Below, in pieces: positions 19,647 to 30,046 of a stretch of 64,000 nt of DNA. The position numbers and the translations under genes are program-made. Positions within the stretch are counted from its first letter, which is position 1. Every line of letters begins with the position of its first letter. The stretch lies in IMG/VR virus record IMGVR_UViG_3300042301_003932; one strand, given 5' to 3'. This stretch comes from a virus. Below the pieces are notes generated by a model. It was not told where the DNA came from. It searched no databases and worked only from the letters and a program-made list of their open reading frames with translations.

Positions 19647-22600
19647 CTAATTTAATGTTTTTTTAAGGTTAAAGTATTCGCTTGGTATGTCTATTTGTGA
19701 CCAAACATTTCTTAAATTTTGTTCGTTTTGTTGTTGTGCTGGATTTTGTTTTTCATAATCCATAATTCTTTTCTTTTGTCCATTAAATGGTTTATAAATA
19801 TTATTAGGTAATAAACTCGTTAGTACTTCATCTTTAAATTTTTGAAATAATTTTGTACTTTCCGTTTTAGATCTTTCAAAATCTTGATATAGACCTGTCT
19901 GTCTTTTCACTATTTTATTTTCATTTGCAAAATAATTAAATCCTAAGTTGGATAATAAATAAGTTTTCCAAAGGTCTTGATTAGTTGTGTCTTCTATAAC
20001 TGTTACAATATTGTCTACAAATTTTTCGTATCCATCCAAAATTTGTTTACCAAGAACAATAAAAAACACATTTACGGCTTTAGGTACATTTTCATAACCC
20101 TTACCTTCTTCTAAATCAGGTGTTAAGTACATCTCAAAAAGATATTCCGAATTAAAAGTGTAAGGAGATCCTGAAGGGACTATTTTATACTCATCAAGTT
20201 TTTGGTTGAAATAGTTTAAATCGTTACCCACTTTTAAAAAATCATTTACAAATTCATCATAAGTGTTTGATAATGGGTCGTCTTCACCTGTAGTTCCAGA
20301 CAAATTATAAATTACAGCCCCACCTCTTTTATTTAAATAACCGTCAGTCTTATCACAAATAAAATTTAACTCATCTGTAATTTGTATTAATTTTAACTCA
20401 TTATCTATTATATTACCTTGAGCGTTAGAAGTTACTCCAATTAGAAATCCGAATTGTGTATCAATTATTTCTTTTAACTTTCTTTTAATTTTTCGTTTTT
20501 CCTCTTTATTAAAATTAGTATTTTGTAAACCTCCAAGTATTGGTGAGTCTTCGTTATCTACATCCAGTTTTGCTTGGTCTATAACTTGTTTTATTGTTAA
20601 TGCGGTTGCAACGGGTTTACCAAAAATTTTAACAAGATTATTCGTACTACCACTTAACCAATTAAAATATCCATCAGTATATTTTTTATTATTATTATAT
20701 AAAATAATACCACCAATTAATGCTTCATTATTAATTTTTTCTATATTATTAAACACTGAATCAAAATAGTCTTTGGTTTTTTGAACCAATTCTGTCATTT
20801 TTGTTTCGTACTGAACACTTCCTGTAACTGCACTTGTGGTCACATCTAAGAAATTAGATAAAACAGTACCTATTGTGTTTCCAGCACCACTTCCTTGATT
20901 GTCTTTAACATCTAATACCCCGTATTCGTTTTCAATATCGTCTAAAATTTCCGCGTTTGTTTCATCAAAAACAGGTTCTGTCACTTCGGCTCTTTCATCG
21001 TAAATTTCAGTATTAGCATAATAATTAAATGTAAGTGCGTTTTGTATTTGTGCAATTGGTTTTGCTAAACCGTGACCACCAATAAATTTAAGACTTAGCG
21101 TCACATCTGCAATCATTGGTTGAAGTCCTATCCCTTCAGGGTTCAGATCAAATTTAGCATCGTCATATTTAAATTGTACAGAATCAATAACTGCCTTAGT
21201 GTGATAAAAATCTCCTACTCTGATTATAACTACAGGTGGAGTACCAAAAGCACTATTAAATACGTCATTATAATCTAACCCCGTCCCTGTTGAAGTAGCC
21301 GTAGGTATTGTATCTCCAGGTCTTGTACATTGATGTAAAAAGGTTAATCTTGAGTTTAATCCTTCAGGAGTGATTGAATGAAAAACGGGTTGGAAGTTTT
21401 TAATCTTACTTTTTATCCCGTCATAGATCATTGGTTGTTGTTGTTTGACCATTTCAAAATAATCACATTCACTTAACAACCTTCTCAATAATTTTTTGGT
21501 CAATCCCTTTAAATTTGGGTTTGCTGAATTAACAGTGATTTGCCTTTCAACCGTTTTATATTGTGGTGTTGGGTTTTCTGTAGTTTTGTTGTCAGCGGCT
21601 AATAAATTAGGACCACTACCCTCTAAATTTTCTTTTAATTTATCAGGAGTTGATGAGGAGTCTTCAGGTGTTGTTGTAATATTAGGTGGACTCACTTTTA
21701 ATTCTGTTATGGTTGTTCTTCTACATAACATAGCTTGTATTGATGAGTATCCATCTTCATTAGTGTTTTTAAATGGCTTATCACATCTAATATCTGAGTA
21801 ATTTTTATTTTTTAATAAAGAGGTTTTTCCTTCAAATACCGGTGTTATTGTTAATTTCTTTGAGTCATAATATTTTTTTAAGGTCCCATTTGATGTTGGG
21901 AAACTTAAAATTGTTTGTAGTACCGCGTCATATCTTCTTTTAGATAATAAATCATTATAAGAAACACTACCATTAGCATTTGCAGATGCAACTATGTTGA
22001 AAGAAACTGTGGATTCGGAATCTAAAGCCGATGCGATTTTTTTTAATAAATCATCAAAATTATTTTTTTGTTCTTTTATATTAGAAAATAAACTGTTTAA
22101 TTCATTTTTTCTAAAAATAATATAGTCGGTACCTAAATTAGTGTCTGTAACAGTATTGTTACTTGCAATTATTTCTTCTTTTGTTTTAAATTTTTTAAAG
22201 TCTGAAAATCTCATATAGTACCCATCAGGGTAACCATCTATATTTTCTATCTTATTTTTATATGTTTGCTCATTATTAATAAATGTACTATAAAGTGTTT
22301 CATAGTTAGCATCACTTAGAGTTTTACTTTTTTCTATATCTGGATCTAAATTTGTTTTTTCCTTTGGTATTGATTGGTCAAATAATAAAATAACCTCTTC
22401 AAATTTACCTCCTTTTTCCGATTCTTTATTTAATTCATCAACAATTTTATTTGTTTCATTTGATTTTTCTTCTGCTTTAGGTAATTCTGTATTTGTTTCT
22501 ATTGTTTTTTCTCCTGTTACTTTTTCGTTGGGTAATTCATTTTTTACTAATTCAAGTTCTCTTATCGTTCTAAGTGTGGTTGTCGTTTCGTAAATGTCAC

Positions 22601-25520
22601 TCAAACTAAATTGTCTATACTTTTTTAATAAATCAATAGGGTCATATTTTAAACAACCTGCAAAAAATGAATCAATAATCTTAGTAGTTTCACTATTATT
22701 TTCTTTTTCTAATTCTTTATTAACTATAATATTCATTATTGATGGGTGATCAACAACTATTTTAAATGATAGTGATCCTCCTCTCTCGGTACTTTTATAA
22801 ACGTATAGAGGTTCAGGTCTACCTAAAAATCTAATTCCTTCCCATTGTGCAGTTGAGGTATCATTAAAAGTTAAATCATATGGTGGAAACCACATTATTC
22901 TACCACCATTCGGTCCGACTTCACATGCCGGTAAATCATCAATTCTGTAACCAGCCCTACTAGAACTTCTCCAAGCTAAGTTTTCTATTGATAACATGTA
23001 CTTTTTAACTTTTCCGTTAATGTCTATGTTAGTTGATCCAGCATTACCAACGGATTTCATTGGTGCGATGTTCAAGTTATATGTGTTATCTAAAACTGAA
23101 TATGAATTTTTACCTCCACTTCTTAAAAGTCCGTCAGACTTTTGTAATTCGTTATATGTATAGTAAGGTCTATCTTTTGTAAACAATCTACAATATTCAT
23201 ACCCCTTTATTGTTGGTGTCTTATTTACTGAATTTGGTGTAGTATATCTTATTACTTTTGATCCTTTGGTCATTTCCAAAAGTCCGTCTTTGAAAACTTT
23301 TGACACTTGATTTATTGCGTTACCAACATGTTCAGATCTTCTTGATGAGTTATTAGCCGCTTGTACTAATTTTTGAGTAACATCCAGTAAAGAACCTTCT
23401 GTTAAATCAAAATCAGATGATTTTGTTTTGTTATATTCGGGACCAAAAGATGATTGTTCAAAAACCGTGTCAGTACCTGCACTATTGATTTGAAGGTTAC
23501 CGGGTCCTACAAATTTACCTGGTTGGTATATGTTATTATTTGCAACCCAAGTAAATCCTCCTTGTATACCGACGCTATCGTAGAAAGGTTTGGCATAAGT
23601 ACCAAAAGGAATATCAGTAACTTTTTGACCTTCATATTCTTTAGAAATTTCACTATAACTAAAAACAGGACCTATATTTGCCTTACCATTTTTCCACTTA
23701 GCCAAATCCGTTTTTGGACTTACAGCATCTCTTATAAAGTTTTTATTATTACCAATATAATAGTTACCTTGTGGTGCTAAAAGGTTGGGGTTTCTTAATG
23801 AAGTTAATAGATAGTTTGGTCTATAATAGTTGTAAAATAATTGATCAAACAACAATCCTCTAACCGCATCTGAAGTATTTGCTAAAAATAATTCAGATGA
23901 AGTATCAATCAATGGTGTCGCTATCCTGTTTACTAAATTATTAAGTAGATTGTTAGTTGCTCCTACAGGATTTTCTTGTATTTGACTAATAAAGTTCCTA
24001 TTAGGATAATCAAAATATTCTCCAGGAATAATAGAATATGGTGAGTATAAACCTGAAAGTCTACCCACAAAACCTAAAGTGCCGGGATTATCAACAAGTG
24101 GTTGTGTAATTTTAAAATCTCTTTGTATTATAGGAAGATTATTTGATAATACACCTAAAGCATCAAAAGGATTTAAATTTGGTTTTACTGAAATACCTCC
24201 ACTATCAGGCGATATAGATGAATTACTAAGTGTTGATCTACCTAATGTTTGTTGTAATAATTCAAATGCAACTCTCGCCTTAAATTCTTTTTGAAGTTGT
24301 TTTGCACCCATTTGAGCCAATGCGGAATCTTGACTTAGTTTTCCATCACTACCATTAATATTTTCAACATTGTCTGTTGTTAAGATTGTTACAGGTAAAT
24401 AATCTGAAGGTATGAACGCAAATGTACTGTCACTTAATCTATAAGGGCTATTAATTGTTTCATTAATATATGTTACTTCTTCTGGTGTTGTAAAAGTACC
24501 TTCACCACTATTGTATTTATTTTTTGCATAATAAAATGATTGTGATTCTTCAGTTGTTTTTCCAACAAAAGAACCGTATAAATATTCACCTTTATTTGGT
24601 TTTTGTTCAACATTATCATTAGGTGTCGCTTCTACGGGATTGAATGGTTGGTATGTATTATTTAATAAAATTGTCAGACTTTGTTCTCCAAATATTTCTA
24701 AAGGACTATTATCTCCCGAACTTTCGGTTGGAAGATATTCTCCAAAATTTGTTTGTGTTTGTTGGTCTTTATTAATATCAACAGTACTACCATAAGAACG
24801 ACCACCTTTAGTTGCCGGACCATACTTATTTTTAATGTATTGAAAAATTTCTTGTCTTTGTCCAACGGTCTCCAATTCACTACCTTCAGCATCTTTTTGA
24901 TTTCTATATTCACCAGTATTAATACCAAATGTTTTTAATTCAAAAACAACACTATCACCATATTGACCTCCTCCTTTTTCCGGACCGTATTTATTTAATA
25001 CTCTTAAAAACCTTTCTAATTCATTTCCTTTTTTTTCTAAATCACTATTAATAGAATCGGGATATCCATAATTACCTTCATTTGCCTTTGTTTGAAAATT
25101 TACGTTAGGTGTTACTGTAGTTTTACTTTGTTGTCCTTCAGGTCCGTACTGATTTTGTACAACTAACTCCTTTTCTTTTGTTTTACCAAAAACTTCTAAA
25201 AACGACTTTTCAGTTTTAGGATATCCGTAAAATCCTAAATTTGTTTGTGTTGTTTTATTTACATTAATATTAACAATATCACCAAAACTACCGGCTTGTG
25301 GTGTGTATTTATTTTGACCTATTAAATTAGGTTCAATTAATTTTGAAGTTATGTCTAATGGTATTGAATCAATAACCGAATAATCGTTTACTGAAAATTC
25401 TCTACTTGTTACTTTTTCTGCGGGACTATAAAAACCATCAACTTTATAAGGTTTCAAGTTTTTTAGTAATAATTTTTTTCTAAAGTTTTCCGTAGAATCA
25501 AATGATAGTGGACTTTCCAT
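19647..25520 (-). CDS. Giant baseplate/tube-initiator-like protein with an inserted OmpA-like domain (1957 aa)
   Basis: FPPYDLTFND...W...FLGRPEPLYVY...RGGSLSF and PPVVIIRVGDFY...IDSVQFKYD resemble the two halves of a tube-like fold. Between them lies ASANANGSVSYNDLLSKRR...CRR. The gene follows the tape measure. Confidence 0.65.
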   Translation of the reverse strand: MESPLSFDSTENFRKKLLLKNLKPYKVDGFYSPAEKVTSREFSVNDYSVIDSIPLDITSKLIEPNLIGQNKYTPQAGSFGDIVNINVNKTTQTNLGFYGYPKTEKSFLEVFGKTKEKELVVQNQYGPEGQQSKTTVTPNVNFQTKANEGNYGYPDSINSDLEKKGNELERFLRVLNKYGPEKGGGQYGDSVVFELKTFGINTGEYRNQKDAEGSELETVGQRQEIFQYIKNKYGPATKGGRSYGSTVDINKDQQTQTNFGEYLPTESSGDNSPLEIFGEQSLTILLNNTYQPFNPVEATPNDNVEQKPNKGEYLYGSFVGKTTEESQSFYYAKNKYNSGEGTFTTPEEVTYINETINSPYRLSDSTFAFIPSDYLPVTILTTDNVENINGSDGKLSQDSALAQMGAKQLQKEFKARVAFELLQQTLGRSTLSNSSISPDSGGISVKPNLNPFDALGVLSNNLPIIQRDFKITQPLVDNPGTLGFVGRLSGLYSPYSIIPGEYFDYPNRNFISQIQENPVGATNNLLNNLVNRIATPLIDTSSELFLANTSDAVRGLLFDQLFYNYYRPNYLLTSLRNPNLLAPQGNYYIGNNKNFIRDAVSPKTDLAKWKNGKANIGPVFSYSEISKEYEGQKVTDIPFGTYAKPFYDSVGIQGGFTWVANNNIYQPGKFVGPGNLQINSAGTDTVFEQSSFGPEYNKTKSSDFDLTEGSLLDVTQKLVQAANNSSRRSEHVGNAINQVSKVFKDGLLEMTKGSKVIRYTTPNSVNKTPTIKGYEYCRLFTKDRPYYTYNELQKSDGLLRSGGKNSYSVLDNTYNLNIAPMKSVGNAGSTNIDINGKVKKYMLSIENLAWRSSSRAGYRIDDLPACEVGPNGGRIMWFPPYDLTFNDTSTAQWEGIRFLGRPEPLYVYKSTERGGSLSFKIVVDHPSIMNIIVNKELEKENNSETTKIIDSFFAGCLKYDPIDLLKKYRQFSLSDIYETTTTLRTIRELELVKNELPNEKVTGEKTIETNTELPKAEEKSNETNKIVDELNKESEKGGKFEEVILLFDQSIPKEKTNLDPDIEKSKTLSDANYETLYSTFINNEQTYKNKIENIDGYPDGYYMRFSDFKKFKTKEEIIASNNTVTDTNLGTDYIIFRKNELNSLFSNIKEQKNNFDDLLKKIASALDSESTVSFNIVASANANGSVSYNDLLSKRRYDAVLQTILSFPTSNGTLKKYYDSKKLTITPVFEGKTSLLKNKNYSDIRCDKPFKNTNEDGYSSIQAMLCRRTTITELKVSPPNITTTPEDSSSTPDKLKENLEGSGPNLLAADNKTTENPTPQYKTVERQITVNSANPNLKGLTKKLLRRLLSECDYFEMVKQQQPMIYDGIKSKIKNFQPVFHSITPEGLNSRLTFLHQCTRPGDTIPTATSTGTGLDYNDVFNSAFGTPPVVIIRVGDFYHTKAVIDSVQFKYDDAKFDLNPEGIGLQPMIADVTLSLKFIGGHGLAKPIAQIQNALTFNYYANTEIYDERAEVTEPVFDETNAEILDDIENEYGVLDVKDNQGSGAGNTIGTVLSNFLDVTTSAVTGSVQYETKMTELVQKTKDYFDSVFNNIEKINNEALIGGIILYNNNKKYTDGYFNWLSGSTNNLVKIFGKPVATALTIKQVIDQAKLDVDNEDSPILGGLQNTNFNKEEKRKIKRKLKEIIDTQFGFLIGVTSNAQGNIIDNELKLIQITDELNFICDKTDGYLNKRGGAVIYNLSGTTGEDDPLSNTYDEFVNDFLKVGNDLNYFNQKLDEYKIVPSGSPYTFNSEYLFEMYLTPDLEEGKGYENVPKAVNVFFIVLGKQILDGYEKFVDNIVTVIEDTTNQDLWKTYLLSNLGFNYFANENKIVKRQTGLYQDFERSKTESTKLFQKFKDEVLTSLLPNNIYKPFNGQKKRIMDYEKQNPAQQQNEQNLRNVWSQIDIPSEYFNLKKTLN

Positions 25521-25558
25521 CTAATGTTTTATTTATAAATAGATGATGGGTATTTTTT

Positions 25559-27559
25559 TTATCTTACTTGACCTTTTTCTACTGAGATTTTTGACTTATC
25601 TTTGATAATTGTCATGACTCTATTTTTTAATTCTTGAGTAAATGCCCTATCTTTCATAAGAGCATCGGATAAGGTTCCACTAGTATTGACATTAATGTTT
25701 ATATTTATGTCTCCTGATGCTTCAATTTTTTGAGTTGACTCAGTTTTAATACTTGAAGGTGCGGATGACATTTGTTTAATATTATCTAAACTTCTATTAC
25801 CCTCAAAATTATTTTTAATTTTAAATGAATCCTCATATGTTTTTTTGAGGATGTCTAAGTTTTTTAATAAGTTTGGTGCAAATACTGCCTCATCTTCTTT
25901 AATAAAATTAAACATTTCACCTTTACCTAAACTTAAAACTTTATTTCCTGTTGAAAAAGCAGCATCATCTTCTTTTTGAGCACCCCCTTGTGCCGAACCT
26001 TTACCGGAGTTTGAACCTCCGCTTCCTCCGCTTCCTCCGCTTGATCCGCTATTAGAAGATGAAGACACACCTCTGTTTATTTTATCTTTTCCTATATTTC
26101 TTTCTTCTGTTTTTTTTTCTCCCTCTTCTTGAGCCGATATTTTTCCACCATCTTTAGACCCCTCTTTAAATCTTTCAGTAACATTTTTTACACCTTCACG
26201 AGCAATATCCGCAGCTTGATTTACACCTTCTTTAACGTTTCCTCCTACAATATCAATACCACTACGAAATTGATCTATAATTGTTTGTCTTTGTTTGTCT
26301 CCAAGTTGTGTTAAAAGAGTGTCTCGTATTACACGAGCGTCTGCATTAAGTTGTTCTTGAAGAGTTAAACCTTGTACCGCCAAATCTTTATCAGAAAGAG
26401 CCGCCTTTTTTTGATAATCTTCAAGAGCCGCCTGAATTTTAGCGGGACTTTTTTCCATTTCAGTTGCCAAATCATCCGTTTTCAAACCAGGAATATCTAT
26501 TGACATTTTTCCACCTTTAAATTCGGTAAGTGACGCTAATAAATCTTTTTGGTCTTTTGGTATGTCGGCAAGTCCAGTACCTGACATTTCACTCATCACT
26601 TGTTTAGCCTTAAACGCCTCTCTACCTATTTTAGTCATTTTATCTAAAGTGGTTCCCATGGCCTCTGCTTGAGCTTTTAATCTCTGTCTAGATAAAGGAT
26701 CAATTTCAATTTCGCCAGTTTTTTCATTTACTTTGTATGCACTTGCGGCCAAATCAATCATTTGATTCTGTAAAGCCTCAACATCATTCATACCCATGTT
26801 CATTAGTTTAAAAGGATCCCCTAAAGATCCAATTGATCCTCCTAACATTTGCATATTGGCTGCGGTTTCTATCGCCTTTTCAGGATCCCACAAATCAACA
26901 GATTTAGAAAGTGCACCAATTTCATCAACACTTGTTCTAAGTTGTTTAGCTTGAATTGCCATTTTAGTTAGTCCCTCAAGTCCACTTTTAAAACCATAAC
27001 TATCAATTTTAGTTATAGATCCTTTAATTTCTTCCAAAAGTTTTCCACTATCAACCCCAGACATACGAGCAGTTTTTGCTAATTTTTGCATAGTTTCAAT
27101 ACTTTTTATTTGAGATCCTTCAAGTCTCATAAATTCAGCAACCATACCACCCAAACTTTCAGATGCGAGTCCTGTCGTTTTAGACATGCCAACTAAACTT
27201 TCGGCAAATGTTTCACCAAATTGTGTAGTATCAGAAGTCATGAAGACAATTTTTTCCATTCCTTTTGAAAACCCTTGTACTGAATTAGTAATGTCTTCAA
27301 AAGTTCCTCCCATTTTTAGGACTTCATTATATGATTTGAAAAGTTGTTCTCTGAAGTTTGATGATTCAAAAACCATCCCACTGGACATAGTTCTTTGTAA
27401 AGACCTTGCCTTGTCCTCCATTTCGGTTAAGCCCCTCATTGTGGTAGCAGGATCTTGTAGTTTGTCTAAGGCACCACCTATGGTGTCAAAAATTTCTTTA
27501 ATTGTCTGTCCCTTAGCATCCCACTCAGTATTAGGTCCTGTTGATAACAACCACATCAT
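25559..27559 (-). CDS. Tape measure protein (putative)
   Basis: Helical, Ala/Met/Gly-rich protein directly downstream of tube and chaperone genes. Confidence 0.7.
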   Translation of the reverse strand: MMWLLSTGPNTEWDAKGQTIKEIFDTIGGALDKLQDPATTMRGLTEMEDKARSLQRTMSSGMVFESSNFREQLFKSYNEVLKMGGTFEDITNSVQGFSKGMEKIVFMTSDTTQFGETFAESLVGMSKTTGLASESLGGMVAEFMRLEGSQIKSIETMQKLAKTARMSGVDSGKLLEEIKGSITKIDSYGFKSGLEGLTKMAIQAKQLRTSVDEIGALSKSVDLWDPEKAIETAANMQMLGGSIGSLGDPFKLMNMGMNDVEALQNQMIDLAASAYKVNEKTGEIEIDPLSRQRLKAQAEAMGTTLDKMTKIGREAFKAKQVMSEMSGTGLADIPKDQKDLLASLTEFKGGKMSIDIPGLKTDDLATEMEKSPAKIQAALEDYQKKAALSDKDLAVQGLTLQEQLNADARVIRDTLLTQLGDKQRQTIIDQFRSGIDIVGGNVKEGVNQAADIAREGVKNVTERFKEGSKDGGKISAQEEGEKKTEERNIGKDKINRGVSSSSNSGSSGGSGGSGGSNSGKGSAQGGAQKEDDAAFSTGNKVLSLGKGEMFNFIKEDEAVFAPNLLKNLDILKKTYEDSFKIKNNFEGNRSLDNIKQMSSAPSSIKTESTQKIEASGDINININVNTSGTLSDALMKDRAFTQELKNRVMTIIKDKSKISVEKGQVR

Positions 27560-27580
27560 AATTTTTTATTATATAAATAG

Positions 27581-27743
27581 TTAGTCGTCATTTTTTTCGT
27601 ATTCTTTATATAGTTTGTCAATAAAGAATTTTCTTTCATAAACAGGCATTGACATTAAATCGGAATAAGAAAAATTTCCGTATTTTACTAAATAATATAT
27701 TTCGTCTAATAAATAAAGTTTGAAATTAGAAGAAAGGGCGAAA
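27581..27743 (-). CDS. gp51-like / chaperone C-terminal extension, probably reached by a +1 frameshift
   Basis: LLDEIYYLVKYGNFSYSDLMSMPVYERKFFIDKL resembles gpT/gp51-type domains; no ATG precedes this core; overlaps the upstream gene in the +1 frame. Confidence 0.7.
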
Positions 27744-28478
27744 AAATTCCACCCCAAAAGCAATATCAACTATTACTTCTTCTCCAGACGGGGCGATAAC
27801 TTTTCTTTGTAAATCCATTTTAGGTTCACATATGTTTATGAATTTTCTAAGTTCTTTAGAATCTGAAATAGGCATATTATTGATGAATGTAGCAATAACT
27901 CCTTTATCTCTACTTCCATCTAATTCAACAATTTGTGTTTCCAATCTTTTTGTTATAACAGGTACAATCATACCTTTAGGGTAATTCTCTAATAATGAAT
28001 CAATTTTTTTCTCTTCTCCAAGATTCATTAATTTGAATTTTACAATCTTTTGTGATTTGGGTAAAGTATAAGTAAATAAACCTTCACTATCCGGAGTATT
28101 TTCCATAGGTATATAAGATACCTCATCTAAAATGACTGTCACATCAAAAAATTTATCTGTTCTTGGGTCTCTTACACTTATATTATATTCAGGACCAAAT
28201 GCGGTATTTCTTAAAAATAAAAGTATTGCTTGAACATCAACGGTTATTAACTGATCAATGTTAAATCCAGGTTCATAAATTTTATTTTTTAATAGAGTAT
28301 TAACAATACCATCTTTAGAACTATTTTGTGACATTAATAAGTTTTCATCACTTGCCGTTAAATATCCTACTTTAACTGATTCTTTTTTTGGTGTATAAAA
28401 AATTCCTTTAGAAGGTAATTTTACCACGTCATGTGGTAGATTAAAATTCATTTGACCATATTCTGCAGCGTTATCCAT
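27726..28478 (-). CDS. Tail/baseplate hub assembly chaperone (T4 gp26-like)
   Basis: VKLPSKGIFY, YLTASDENLL, DVQAILLFLRNTAFGPEY, C-terminal FFRP; lies between tube and tape measure. Confidence 0.8.
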   Translation of the reverse strand: MDNAAEYGQMNFNLPHDVVKLPSKGIFYTPKKESVKVGYLTASDENLLMSQNSSKDGIVNTLLKNKIYEPGFNIDQLITVDVQAILLFLRNTAFGPEYNISVRDPRTDKFFDVTVILDEVSYIPMENTPDSEGLFTYTLPKSQKIVKFKLMNLGEEKKIDSLLENYPKGMIVPVITKRLETQIVELDGSRDKGVIATFINNMPISDSKELRKFINICEPKMDLQRKVIAPSGEEVIVDIAFGVEFFRPFF

Positions 28479-28523
28479 AATATTTTTTTCTTTAAAAATA
28501 ATTAACTATTACTTTATGTAAAT

Positions 28524-28551
28524 AAAAAAACCCACCTATTAAAGATGGGTT
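28524..28551 (-). terminator. Intrinsic terminator after the tail tube gene
   Basis: AACCCATCT-TTAAT-AGGTGGGTT followed by a T-run. Confidence 0.7.
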
Positions 28552-28572
28552 CAATATTATAAAATTAATTTT

Positions 28573-29061
28573 TTAGTAAACTAATATACATCTATCAGGT
28601 TGTAAGGTCATATCAACCATAGCTAAATCATCACCACCGTAACCTAAATCTCCAAATGACGCTTTAGTTATTAAACATCCTTGTAGAATCCATTTTTCAA
28701 CTGCAACTCCCGTTGGGTCTAACATTTCTAAATCAACATCTTTTTTGTACCCCGCAGCATAACCCATACGACCTGTTACTGATTCTGCATGTAAACGAAC
28801 CCATTCCATAACTGCTTGAGATGCAGAAGGTCCGATTGGGTCTCTTAATTTTACAGTAATCTCACCCCATTTGAATGATCCTGATACGTATGTTTCAGTG
28901 TTTAAGAATTTAATTTCTTTTTTTCCAATATCTATTGATGGTCTTGACGCACTTTCAACATACCATGAATTGATACCCAAAGAAGAAGGAAATGTCATAA
29001 TAAACCTATTTTTTCTTTTAGGTTCATACTGAAAAGGCATTTTCATTAATAAATCAGCCAT
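28573..29061 (-). CDS. Tail tube protein (T4 gp19-like)
   Basis: YEPKRKNRF...RPS...W..ITVKLRD...YKKDVDLEMLDPTG..VEKW.L.G...FGDL; 162 aa; close to the sheath gene. Confidence 0.9.
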   Translation of the reverse strand: MADLLMKMPFQYEPKRKNRFIMTFPSSLGINSWYVESASRPSIDIGKKEIKFLNTETYVSGSFKWGEITVKLRDPIGPSASQAVMEWVRLHAESVTGRMGYAAGYKKDVDLEMLDPTGVAVEKWILQGCLITKASFGDLGYGGDDLAMVDMTLQPDRCILVY

Positions 29062-29167
29062 GTTTTCTCTTTTTTAATTGTTTTATTTATTATATAAATA
29101 TTGTGTTGTTTATTTTTTTTCTATTTACTTTTTCTATTTAAAAAATATTCTTATATAGAATCCGGTT

Positions 29168-30046
29168 TTAATATTCTTTTTTAATATTTCCTTTAGTTAA
29201 ATATGTTTTTACTGGATTTTCTTCATATTCACTAGATAAAAATTCTTTCATTTTTTCTACGTTTTTTAAATCATCATCTGAAAAACCAATAGAAGGTATT
29301 ATTTCTTGATTATTCATATCATTTTTAAAAAATGCCTTTTCACCTATTTCTTTTGCCAAATCTTTACAATAACTAATAAAAGTTCTCATAGCTTTAATTT
29401 TTCCTTCTTCAGGATTTGCAGCACTACCCTCCCCAAAAGTAACAGGATGAAATCTACACATATCTAAATATTCGTCAATTAAATCTTTATCTGTGAAATT
29501 TAATTCAAACCCCTCTTCTAAATTTTCTTCAGCACTAAAATTTCTATATTTTTTTAAATTCTGTACTAATGTATTTTTATTTATACCGTTATGATTAGAA
29601 ACAATATAATTATACGTCGCTTCTTTTAATGTTTCAGGATTGTGACCTCTCGCTGTAATAATTGCAAATATTGACCCTCCATTAATACATTCCACAAAAT
29701 CGTTCCATGATGGACCCGGTGATGCAACCATTGAGTCTATAATAAATCTTTTATCTCCTTCTAATCTGAAGTTTCTAAATGGATTAGGTGCGTAACCAAC
29801 AACGGTAGTTCCTTTATAATTAAAAGGTTCAACCCCCAATTCGTGTCTGTGTTCAGCAAAATCTTCAGTGGACATTCCAATCTCTTCTTCGTTTTCAGTC
29901 ATCACCATAATTTGTGTTGGCATAAAAACAATATTGTCGTCCCAATCAAACGCATAGTATTTTGTGTCAGGATTTCCTTCTTCATCAAAACCCTCGTGTA
30001 TTCTACGTTTGTTTAAATAATTATATACGTGTTTTTTTATATTCAT
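29168..30046 (-). CDS. HAD-superfamily phosphatase-like protein
   Basis: Motif I AFDWDDNI, motif II IITARG, motif III K and motif IV GFSDDD..N. Confidence 0.75.
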   Translation of the reverse strand: MNIKKHVYNYLNKRRIHEGFDEEGNPDTKYYAFDWDDNIVFMPTQIMVMTENEEEIGMSTEDFAEHRHELGVEPFNYKGTTVVGYAPNPFRNFRLEGDKRFIIDSMVASPGPSWNDFVECINGGSIFAIITARGHNPETLKEATYNYIVSNHNGINKNTLVQNLKKYRNFSAEENLEEGFELNFTDKDLIDEYLDMCRFHPVTFGEGSAANPEEGKIKAMRTFISYCKDLAKEIGEKAFFKNDMNNQEIIPSIGFSDDDLKNVEKMKEFLSSEYEENPVKTYLTKGNIKKEY

